Below are positions 21,486 to 31,819 of a stretch of 51,226 bases of DNA, one piece after another (within the stretch, counting starts at the first letter, position 1; the number at the start of each line of letters is the position of its first letter). The stretch is from Macrostomum lignano. Lineage: Eukaryota. Location: assembly GCA_002269645.1 (NCBI GenBank), contig NIVC01001425.1:1-51226 (forward strand), in the 5' to 3' direction. The position numbers were made by a program, and so were the translations under genes. Under the pieces are notes generated by a model, which worked only from the letters and a program-made list of their open reading frames with translations, was not told where the DNA came from and made no database searches.

Positions 21486-23492
21486 CTAAATGCAACTATC
21501 GAGTCTAATCTCAGCGATGGCTTTCAACATTCGCTCCCGCTCAGTTGGGTCATTCACGCCCATGCCAATCAGGTCGTCTTCCGTTAGCAACAGGAATGCG
21601 TCGGCATCGATCTCCTGCTCGCGCAGAGTGGGCAGATAAGCGGACAATCCGAATTTGCCTAGCAACAAAGTCAGTTTGTCGTCGTCTGCGGTTGTAAATC
21701 GGAACAAAGGATTGCAAATCCCATTGCCAGGCCGGACTAGGAGACTGGGAGCGAACAGTTTGGCTTGATTCCCAGCTACAGACAGCGACTCTGTCTGGGG
21801 CAAACGCGCCAACATCTGGTGCACTTTTGTAAGCGCCTCGCGCCAATCCGGCGCCGCTTGAACTAGACGTTCGGCGCCAATCCAATGAGATTCAGCGTAG
21901 CCGGGATTGCCAAGCGTGTCGCGCCAGCGATCTGCGAATTGGTTGGCCATGCAAGAGAAGCGGACTGTCTTTTTGCTGGAGGCCACTTCGAGTGGCGGTG
22001 GCGGCCGTGGCGGCAGTGGCGGCGGCGAAGGGCCTGGCGGTGAGCGACAGCAAGAGAGAAGCAGGTCGCTTTTGCGCCTGGGGCGGAGCTCAGTGCTCAG
22101 CTGCTGTTGTTGCTTCGTGCAGTCTTCAAGTTCTCCGGCTGCTGCTGGTTGGAGAGGCCTTGATGCTTCTGTCCGAGTCTCCGTCTCGCTGTCCGAGTCT
22201 TCCTCGCCGTCGCTGCCGGCTGGAAGCAGCCTCGCCAGCTTGCAGTGGCCCAACAGTCTGGCTACCTGGCGCGGCGTCAGCCCGTTGATGTCGCGTCGGG
22301 AGCCCGAAGCTCCGGCCTGTTCAATCACCAGGCTGCACGCCTCGGCGCAACCACCCGCGGCAGCCGCGTGCAATGGCGAAGTCGCCGCGCTGTCGCCGGC
22401 ACCGTCAAACGGAAAGCCGCGCGCCAGCAAGTAGCGCATCGAGCCCATGGCGCCGCGAAATGCAGCCGGACAGAGCGGCGCGCCGAGTTGGCGAGCGACT
22501 CGAAAACCGCCGTCGGATTCTTCGACCGCAAACTTTGCGCCTTTGTAGCTTTCGTCTCTTGCCACACCTCCGCTTCCGCCTCTATCCACACCTCCGCTTC
22601 CGTCTCTATCCACACCTCCGCTTCCGTCTCTATCCACACCTCCGCTTCCGTCTCTATCCACACCTCCGCTTCCGTCTCTATCCACACCTCCGCTTCCGTC
22701 TCTATCCACACCTCCGCTGCCGTCTCTATCCACACCTCCGCTGCCGCCTCTATCCACACCTCCGCTTCCGTCTCTATCCACATCTCCGCTGCCGTCTCTA
22801 GCCACACCTCCGCTTCCGCCTCTATCCACACCTCCGCTTCCGTCTCTATCCACACCTCCGCTGCCGTCTCTATCCACACCTCCGCTGCCGTCTCTATCCA
22901 CACCTCCGCTTCCGTCTCTATCCACACCTCCGCTGCCGTCTCTAGCCACACCTCCGCTGCCGTCTCTAGCCACACCTCCGCTTCCGCCTCTAGCCACACC
23001 TCCGCTTCCGCCTCTAGCCACACCTCCGCTTCCGCCTCTATCCACACCTCCACTTCCGTCTCTATTAACGCCTCCATCGCTTCCACAATCGGTGGCCAGG
23101 GCCAGCCCGGCCAGGAACTCCATCAGCCTGACGTGATTGCCAGCAGCGGCCAACGTGAATCCATCGGCGCCATAGACGGTGACCCGGCGAGTGTCCGCCC
23201 GGCGTGCCAGGACACGCGCCGCGGCCAGATGGCCCAGACGGCAGGCGACAAGAAACGGACTCCAGCCAAGCAGATTAACGGCATCCGGGTCGAGCCCGTG
23301 CCGTTCAATCAGTTCGTTGATTGCGGCGGTACAGCCTCCGGCGGCCGCATAGTGCAGCGCGGTGTTGCCGTGGTTGTCAAGCCGGCGAAGATCCTCTGGA
23401 GTTGACGGAGCCGCCGACAATCGGGCCAATATTTCAGCCTCCTTGCCGGAGATTAGCAGCGAGAATAGAACAGTGCCGCTGTCGGAAGACAT
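21486..23492 (-). CDS. Ankyrin repeat and SAM domain protein (ANKS3-like), apparently single exon, 668 aa
   Basis: Ankyrin repeats ([49 protein letters not shown]) and a C-terminal SAM domain ([38 protein letters not shown]). The orthologue among ANKS genes is not certain. Confidence 0.8.
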   Translation of the reverse strand: MSSDSGTVLFSLLISGKEAEILARLSAAPSTPEDLRRLDNHGNTALHYAAAGGCTAAINELIERHGLDPDAVNLLGWSPFLVACRLGHLAAARVLARRADTRRVTVYGADGFTLAAAGNHVRLMEFLAGLALATDCGSDGGVNRDGSGGVDRGGSGGVARGGSGGVARGGSGGVARDGSGGVARDGSGGVDRDGSGGVDRDGSGGVDRDGSGGVDRDGSGGVDRGGSGGVARDGSGDVDRDGSGGVDRGGSGGVDRDGSGGVDRDGSGGVDRDGSGGVDRDGSGGVDRDGSGGVDRDGSGGVDRGGSGGVARDESYKGAKFAVEESDGGFRVARQLGAPLCPAAFRGAMGSMRYLLARGFPFDGAGDSAATSPLHAAAAGGCAEACSLVIEQAGASGSRRDINGLTPRQVARLLGHCKLARLLPAGSDGEEDSDSETETRTEASRPLQPAAAGELEDCTKQQQQLSTELRPRRKSDLLLSCCRSPPGPSPPPLPPRPPPPLEVASSKKTVRFSCMANQFADRWRDTLGNPGYAESHWIGAERLVQAAPDWREALTKVHQMLARLPQTESLSVAGNQAKLFAPSLLVRPGNGICNPLFRFTTADDDKLTLLLGKFGLSAYLPTLREQEIDADAFLLLTEDDLIGMGVNDPTERERMLKAIAEIRLDSCI
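22560..23070. repeat. 24-nt minisatellite (CCTCCGCTTCCGTCTCTATCCACA), about 21 copies, inside the ANK-SAM ORF
   Basis: In frame on the minus strand, encoding (GGVDRDGS)n. Confidence 0.95.
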
Positions 23493-23587
23493 GGGAAAAG
23501 GCGAGGAGGATTTACTGATTTATCGAATGTTTCAAAGTTCATGACGAACTTTCTAAGATATGGCCATCTCGCTGATTTTTTAGCAGG

Positions 23588-23725
23588 AACACGCTCACGC
23601 AGGGTGTACAGCGGCTTTGACTTTCTCAGCGTTAAGCGTTGCACACACTCGGTGACTTGAGGGTGGCCCGGCCCTCATGGGCGTGAGTCGCACAAACGCG
23701 GAATCGAACCCGGGTGCTTTGGCAG
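23588..23725 (-). mobile_element. Truncated SINE related to family 1
   Basis: Minus strand has B box GGTTCGATTCC and the family core GCCGCTGTACACCCTGCGTGAGCGTG. The 5' end is lost next to the (GACA)n array. Confidence 0.55.
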
Positions 23726-23744
23726 GAGAGGATGCCAAACAGAG

Positions 23745-24335
23745 AGGCAGTCAGACGGACGGACAGACACTAAGACAGACAGAAAGACGGACAGAGAGAC
23801 ACAGACAGACAGACAGACAGACAGACACTAAGACAGACAGAGAGAGATACCAAGACAGACAGACAGACAGACATTAGGACAGGCAAACAGACAGACAAAC
23901 AAACAGACACAGACGGACACAGACAGTCAGACAGACACACAGACAGAAAGACAGACAAACAGACAGACACAGACGGACACAGACAGACACACAGACAGAA
24001 AGACAGACGGACAGTCAGAGAGACAGACAGGCGGACAGACAGACACAGAGAGATACTAAGACAGACAGACAGACAGAAAGACAAAGAGACACTAAGACAG
24101 ACAGACAGACGGACAGACAAACAGACAGACACAGACAGACAGTCAGACAGACACACAGACAAAAAGACGGACACAGACAGCCAGACAGACACACAGACAA
24201 AAAGACGGACACAGACAGTCAGACAGACACACAGACAGTCAGACAGACACACAGACAAAAAGACGGACACAGACAGTCAGACAGACACACAAACAGAAAG
24301 ACAGACCGTCAGACAGACAGTCAGAGAGACAGACA
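23745..24335. repeat. Degenerate (GACA)n microsatellite
   Basis: Directly visible. Confidence 0.95.
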
Positions 24336-25959
24336 AGCAAACCAATAAACGGATTGAGAGTCCAAGTCCCATACACAAGCGCTGAAAATACAATATCACC
24401 AAATCTAAGACTTCTTAGAATTCTCTGGTTCAAACTAAAAATTGAACAAATAAATAAGACATAAGACCGGTACTATTCACTGTTTTGTTGAACCAATTTA
24501 AATAACTATTTGGTGCACATTGTCGATTGTTATTTAATTTAATCACCGAATTTGATAATTAGCGGTTCATATGTACACATCTATTTCACTACTGATTGTA
24601 TCAGTTGATTTGATCTTTATTAAGCCGATTAAGTGGCCGGATAATCCCTATTAGCGGCAGTAGCAGTCACTGCCACAGAACTGCTATTGGCCATAGACAA
24701 TAAAGACAATCAAGCGGATAAAATGCAGTCCAATCTGCACTCCCAGTTTAATAAAATTGAAGCCCATTCCTAGTTAAATTTCTAGTTTAACTGTGAATAT
24801 TCAAGGTTGAACTAGGAATGAGAGAGAGAAAGATCGCGTCCTCGTTAAACTGACTATTTAATTTAATAGCACTTAAACAAAGCTATACTTCAATTGTTTA
24901 TTCCTTCTACTTCTAAGGCTATTTACATGTGTAACCAAAATAATCAACCATCTATTTGTGCCTATCTGAATCACTACTACTGAAAAAATCTTTGCGCGCT
25001 ACTAACCACAGTAGAAAAATTCGGATATAACTCCTAAATTTCTTAACCGACTTGATTACAGTTACATTGACAAAAGAAATACTAGTTACAGTTTTATACA
25101 TGTGGGCAAATAAAAGTTAAATTACAATATAAAATATCTAATCGCAGGCTACGGGCCATGAAGTTGAACAAAGTGATTGTTACGTGTACAAAAATGAAAG
25201 ATCAAAGCGTACATGCATAAAAACAATAGCGTAATACAAATAATATCTTACATAAGCATTCGTGACCATTTGAACTTGTAACACAGAACAGGGTTGGCCC
25301 TCGTGGCTCTGATTCGCACAACAATGACAACAGGAATACCAAGACTGTACTTACTGTATTAAGGAAAGTTTCATATTTTAATATTCACATACGAATTTAT
25401 TAAAATATCGCAGAGAGAAAGCAAAGCTTCAGATAATTATCTTAACATCGAATATAGCAAGGTGACCTTCTCAAAGGCACTTATTACAGCTAAAAGAATT
25501 GCTGAATACAATTTTACATTCCTGGAAAGCCTGGAAAGTCTTGCCGTAAACGTATGAGTTTCGAATAAATCACAGATACTATATATTAGAATAACTAGAC
25601 ACGTCACTCGCAAAAAATCCGCTTATCTACTCTTTTTTTCAGTAGCAAAACTAGCGTTTTTTATCTTTATAATATTATAAAGGTAAAAAAGTTTAAATAT
25701 ACCTTTATCAATAATTAATTCAAATTTTTGAAGCTGCAGAAATCGCCTCCGAGGCTCTGACTTTCCATTAAATTAGCATCTTCTTCCTGTTTTTTCCGTC
25801 TCCAAAATGTCTCAGATGAACAGAATTTAAAGAAGGGATTGTGGGGAAAAATTAAAAATTCAATCCAGTGCGCGAGCATAGCGAGCACGAGAGCTAAAAA
25901 GGGTGGTGCCCCAGCCCCAGCCAGACAGATTAATAGTTTGGCTTTTCTATTGTCCGCTT

Positions 25960-26987
25960 GTGTCAAACTTTGACCTCTCTCCTTACTGCTCTCTCATTAT
26001 CTGGGCTAGATTTGGCCTCTTCCCTAGACTGAGTTTCGTCCATTTGACTTTGACCTCTCTCCTAACTGCCATCTCATTGGCTGGGCTAGATTGGGCCTGC
26101 CCCCTAGACTTAATTTCGTCCATTTGACTTTGACCTCTCTCCTAACTGCCCTCTCATTGGCTGGGCTAGATTGGGCCTGCCCCCTAGACTTAATTTCGTC
26201 CATTTGACTTTGACCTCTCTCCCAACTGCCCTCTCATTGGCTGGGCTAGATTGGGCCTGCCCCTAGACTTAATTTCGTCCATTTGACTTTGACCTCTCTC
26301 CTAACTGCCCTCTCATTGGCTGGGCTAGATTGGGCCTGTCCCCTAGACTTAATTTCGTCCATTTGACTTTGACCTCTCTCCTAACTGCCCTCTCATTGGC
26401 TGGGCTAGATTGGGCCTGTCCCCTAGACTTAATTTCGTCCATTTGACTTTGACCTCTCTCCTAACTGCCCTCTCATTGGCTGGGCTAGATTGGGCCTGCC
26501 CCCTAGACTTAATTTCGTCCATTTGACTTTGACCTCTCTCCTAACTGCCCTCTCATTGGCTGGGCTAGATTGGGCCTGCCCCCTAGACTTAATTTCGTCC
26601 ATTTGACTTTGACCTCTCTCCTAACTGCCCTCTCATTGGCTGGGCTAGATTGGGCCTGCCCCCTAGACTTAATTTCGTCCATTTGACTTTGACCTCTCTC
26701 CTAACTGCCCTCTCATTGGCTGGGCTAGATTGGGCCTGCCCCCTAGACTTAATTTCGTCCATTTGACTTTGACCTCTCTCCTAACTGCCCTCTCATTGGC
26801 TGGGCTAGATTGGGCCTGCCCCCTAGACTTAATTTCGTCCATTTGACTTTGACCTCTCTCCTAACTGCCCTCTCATTGGCTGGGCTAGATTGGGCCTGCC
26901 CCCTAGACTTAATTTCGTCCATTTGACTTTGACCTCTCTCCTAACTGCCCTCTCATTGGCTGGGCTAGATTGGGCCTGCCCCCTAGA
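25960..26987. repeat. 79-80-nt tandem repeat, about 12 copies, intergenic
   Basis: Unit CATTTGACTTTGACCTCTCTCCTAACTGCCCTCTCATTGGCTGGGCTAGATTGGGCCTGCCCCCTAGACTTAATTTCGTC; period 80 between 26041 and 26121. Confidence 0.95.
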
Positions 26988-27172
26988 TGCTCCTGAAGCC
27001 GCAGACCCCGAAGGAAAGGAAATTTTGAGCTGCCACATTAAATTTAAGTGACACTGTGCAGACAAGCTACTGAATAAAAAAGTAGACGCTCTACTTTTTC
27101 ACGAACTTCATTGCAAGTGGACATATCTAGTTATTCTAGTATCTGTAGATTGAATTGGCTGAAGTCTCAGCG

Positions 27173-28578
27173 CTACCCGGCATTAGTCAGTTCGTTCACT
27201 TGGCGTCGAAGTCGATCTCGTTCAGCTTCGGCCAGGACGAGTCGCCGATCCCGATCGGCCAGCTGGGCCTCCATTTGGCGAAGTCGCTGGCACAGGCAGT
27301 CGATTTGCATTCGCAGATTTCTAATCGCCAATTTAGAATGAGGCGCCGCAAGCGACGGCAGGGACGGAGAAGGGGGAGACCTGCCCAGACTCGCTGACAG
27401 CTCGATGGATGGCGCTGAACGGGCCAGCAGCGGAGGCTCCTCCCGGTCTTGATGAGGCTGGCGCTGCCTGATAGACAGCAGCTGGCTACTCCAGAGTGCG
27501 CTCTCCTGTTCGTGCGCTCGCTTAGCCGCCTGTGCGTGTTACATTAGCAAGTTAATTAGTTCATTTTTCAGAAGGGCTTTCAGGCACTGGCGCAAACCAC
27601 CAAGGCGACAGTCAGACTGCAGCCAGCGAGGCCAGCAGTAATGCCACATTCCGCTGACCACTGAGCACGCACTCACACGGGTGTACAGCGGCCCCGGCAC
27701 AGTCGGGCATGCTTTTTGCACACTCTGTGCCTTGGAGACTGGCAATCACGGACTAGAACTCGTAATCCTTGCCATTCACAGGAAAACTGATCCAATTTTG
27801 CAAATCCAACTTCCACAATCCTCAAAAATTCACAGTCCTCTCCATTCACAGTCCTCACCATTCACAGTCCTCACCATTCACAATCCTCCTCATTTACAAT
27901 CCTCACCATTCACAGTCCTCACCATTCACAATCCTCACCATTCACAATCCTCCTCATTTACAATCCTCACCATTCACAGTCCTCACCATTCACAATCCTC
28001 ACCATTCACAGTCCTCACCATTCACAATCCTCACCATTCACAATCCTCACCATTCACAATCCTCACCATTCACAGTCCTCACCATTCACAATCCTCACTA
28101 TTCACAATCCTCACCATTCACAATCCTCACCATTCACAATCCTCACCATTCACAGTCCTCACCATTCACAGTCCTCACCATTCACAGTCCTCACCATTCA
28201 CAGTCCTCACCATTCACAGTTCTCACCATTCACAATCCTCACCATCATAACCCCAAGTTCTCTTACCTGCAGTTGGCGCTGCGCCTCCCGCGCCAGTTCC
28301 GTGTGCGCTTCTAAGCGGCGCTGGCAGTCCTCTTTAGCGGCGGCAAATTCCTTGGCCTGTTGCTCCTTCAAATGACTAAGAAATTGGCGCCAATTTGAAC
28401 TGTCGGAATCGGTACCAGGGGCAAAATTGTTGCCATAGCAACCATCCTCGCTCTGATCGTCTGAGTCGGCCGCAATCACTAGAAAATCATCATCATCGGC
28501 GGTTCTCTCCGATGAAGTACGCGAGGATGGACACTTTGAACTCCTAGTGGCTGGCGTGTTGGAACAGCTGGCAGCCAT
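27173..28578 (-). CDS. Small coiled-coil protein of unknown family, about 222 aa; exons 28578-28267 and 27529-27173
   Basis: ATG at 28578, donor CTGCAG|GTAAGA, acceptor ACGCACAG|, phase 0. Exon 2 is 357 nt, open to TAG, and ends in a coiled coil (IRNLRMQIDCLCQRLRQMEAQLADRDRR). Confidence 0.75.
27580..27700 (-). mobile_element. Diverged SINE 3' fragment related to family 1, intronic
   Basis: Minus strand GGGGCCGCTGTACACCCGTGTGAGTGCGTGCTCAG...GCGGAATGTGGCATTACTGC...TGTCGCCT...GCGCCAG parallels the family 1 body. Confidence 0.55.
27820..28245. repeat. 16-nt minisatellite (CATTCACAGTCCTCAC), about 26 copies, intronic
   Basis: Tandem array; the spurious ORFs have a 16-aa period. Confidence 0.95.
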
Positions 28579-28764
28579 GGAACAGATGATTGACAGGCTT
28601 AGCTTAGCATGAAAAACAGCAATAACAGAAGCTTAGCTTGACAATTGAAACAAATCAATTATACTACAGTCCTTACGATAATACTGGCTTTAAATAGCAG
28701 ATATTGAACCCTAACCTACTCTTCAAGCCCTACAGTAGACCTAGCAGATTTGACTAAAGGAGCT

Positions 28765-29805
28765 CTCATAGAGACAGCCCACAACAGCACACCTGATACT
28801 GATCAAGAAGCTCTCAAAGACAGAAACAGTCCACAACAGCACACCTGATACTGATCAAGGAGCTCTCATAGAGAGAGACAGTCCACTGCAGCACACCTGA
28901 TACTGATCAAGGAGCTCTCATAGAGAGAGACAGTCCACTGCAGCACACCTGATACTGATCAAGGAGCTCTCATAGAGAGAGACAGTCCACTACAGCACAC
29001 CTGATACTGATCAAGGAGCTCTCATAGAGAGAGACAGTCCACTGCAGCACACCTGATACTGATCAAGGAGCTCTCATAGAGAGAGATAGTCCACTGCAGC
29101 ACACCTGATACTGATCAAGGAGCTCTCATAGAGAGACAGTCCACTGCAGCACACCTGATACTGATCAAGGAGCTCTCATAGAGAGAGACAGTCCACTGCA
29201 GCACACCTGATACTGATCAAGGAGCTCTCATAGAGAGAGACAGTCCACTACAGCACACCTGATACTGATCAAGGAGCTCTCATAGAGAGAGACAGTCCAC
29301 TACAGCACACCTGATACTGATCAAGGAGCTCTCATAGAGAGAGACAGTCCACTGCAGCACACCTGATACTGATCAAGGAGCTCTCAAAGAGAGAGACAGT
29401 CCACTGCAGCACACCTGATACTGATCAAGGAGCTCTCATAGAGAGAGACAGTCCACTGCAGCACACCTGATACTGATCAAGGAGCTCTCATAGAGAGAGA
29501 CAGTCCACTACAGCACACCTGATACTGATCAAGGAGCTCTCATAGAGAGAGACAGTCCACTGCAGCACACCTGATACTGATCAAGGAGCTCTCATAGAGA
29601 GAGACAGTCCACTGCAGCACACCTGATACTGATCAAGGAGCTCCCATAGAGAGAGACAGTCCACTGCAGCACACCTGATACTGATCAAGGAGCTCTCATA
29701 GAGACAGCCCACTACAGCACACCTGATACTGATCAAGGAGCTCCCATAGAGAGAGACAGTCCACTGCAGCACACCTGATACTGATCAAGGAGCCCTCATA
29801 GAGAT
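28765..29805. repeat. 52-nt minisatellite, about 20 copies, upstream of the coiled-coil gene
   Basis: Unit GAGAGAGACAGTCCACTGCAGCACACCTGATACTGATCAAGGAGCTCTCATA; period 52 (28871 to 28923). Confidence 0.95.
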
Positions 29806-30564
29806 GACCCACAAAAATTACCCTAGTACTCATAAGCAACTTGAAAAAACCAGTGAAAGCAGAAAGTCCACAGACAAGCAGAGTTACCTTAGCAGTGAAT
29901 TTTTTTGTGTGAAACAATTTTGGGTTATTGCAAAACTGTTAGCTGCGATGTAAATGAATGAAACAATCGCGATTGGGGATGTTACAGAAGCAAACTAGGA
30001 AAAATAAAACGCTAAAGTTTGTACTTAGCGCAGCAACCTGATGCAGCGCCAGCATACTTGGGAGACTGACACAGCAGCGGTTAAATGCCATGTTTGTATT
30101 TATAGTGTATAACAATGCAAAGGTATGCCTATATATGCGTTCATTTTTTTTTTTCAACTTGAAATTGTACAGCAGGTATAAAAATATGACAAAAGTACCA
30201 GCATATTCTGATGGACATTTTCTTTGGTAAACTGATTATAAATAAGTAAACTTAGTCTAGCCTGGTCAATCATCAATGAGACAAAAAAAATGAAAATTGA
30301 TATTACATTACAGAGCTTTACGATAAGTTATTACAGCAGCAGATAGCCGAACAAATAAACAGAAGGCAGCCAAGGCGCAATTTTCGGCAAACTAATGTAC
30401 CGATAAAACAGAACTAAAGAAGTAAAATATTTTGATAGGTCAAATTATTATTAAATTACTGATTTCTAAGTCAGTAAACCTTAATCCTATTGAGCTGAGT
30501 TTCACTTTCTATTATAAGGTCTTCACATAAGGCGTTAATTTAGTAACTAAGCACCTGTTGAATA

Positions 30565-31678
30565 TTTCCGGTTGGCAATTCTTTTGAACCTAAGAGTACT
30601 CACTTCCGGTAGAATATGAAACTGTACACCCACTTCCGGTTGGCAATTCTCTAAACCTACGAGTACCCCTCTTAAGGTAGATTATGAAACTGTACACCCA
30701 CTTCCGGTTGGCAATTCTCTAAACCTACGAGTACCCCTCTTAAGGTAGATTATGAAACTGTACACTCACTTCCGGTTGGCAATTCTCTAAACCTACGAGT
30801 ACCCCTCTTCCGGTATATTATGAAACTGTACACCCACTTCCGGTTGGAAATTCTCTAAACCTACGAGTACCCCTCTTAAGGTAGATTATGAAACTGTACA
30901 CCCACTTCCGGTTGGCAATTCTCTAAACCTACGAGTACCCCTCTTAAGGTAGATTATGAAACTGTACACTCACTTCCGGTTGGCAATTCTCTAAACCTAC
31001 GAGTACCCCTCTTAAGGTAGATTATGAAACTGTACACCCACTTCCGGTTGGCAATTCTCTAAACCTACGAGTACCCCTCTTAAGGTAGATTATGAAACTG
31101 TACACTCACTTCCGGTGGGAAATTCTCTAAACCTACGAGTACCCCTCTTAAGGTAGATTATGAAACTGTACACTCACTTCCGGTTGGCAATTCTCTAAAC
31201 CTACGAGTACCCCTCTTAAGGTAGATTATGAAACTGTACACCCACTTCCGGTTGGCAATTCTCTAAACCTTCGAGTACCCCTCTTAAGGTAGATTATGAA
31301 ACTGTACACTCACTTCCGGTTGGCAATTCTCTAAACCTACAAGTACCCCTCTTAAGGTAGATTATGAAACTGTACACCCACTTCCGGTTGGCAATTCTCT
31401 AAACCTACGAGTACCCCTCTTAAGGTAGATTATGAAACTGTACACCCACTTCCGGTTGGCAATTCTCTAAACCTACGAGTACCCCTCTTAAGGTAGATTA
31501 TGAAACTGTACACTCACTTCCGGTTGGCAATTCTCTAAACCTACGAGTACCCCTCTTCCGGTATATTATGAAACTGTACACCCACTTCCGGTGGGAAATT
31601 CTCTAAACCTACGAGTACCCCTCTTAAGGTAGATTATGAAACTGTACACTCACTTCCGGTGGGAAATTCTCTAAACTA
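30565..31678. repeat. 68-nt tandem repeat, about 16 copies, just downstream of the USP48 stop
   Basis: Unit CACTTCCGGTTGGCAATTCTCTAAACCTACGAGTACCCCTCTTAAGGTAGATTATGAAACTGTACACC. Confidence 0.95.
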
Positions 31679-31819
31679 CAAAGCTTTTGTTAAACACAGA
31701 AAACAAAATACCTTGGAAATTTCGAGCGCTCAACTTTTTACGGACTATTTCTTATCCAGTTCGTAAAAAAATAGAACTCTAGAGTAACTATACAACGGGT
31801 TGCATGTACACTTAAGTTT

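Noticed and set aside
27173-27529. Possible frameshift in exon 2 of the 27-28 kb coiled-coil gene
   Set aside because: Recounting the G5 run at 27372-27376 shows the exon is 357 nt and open in one frame. It is absent from the ORF track only because it lacks its own start codon.
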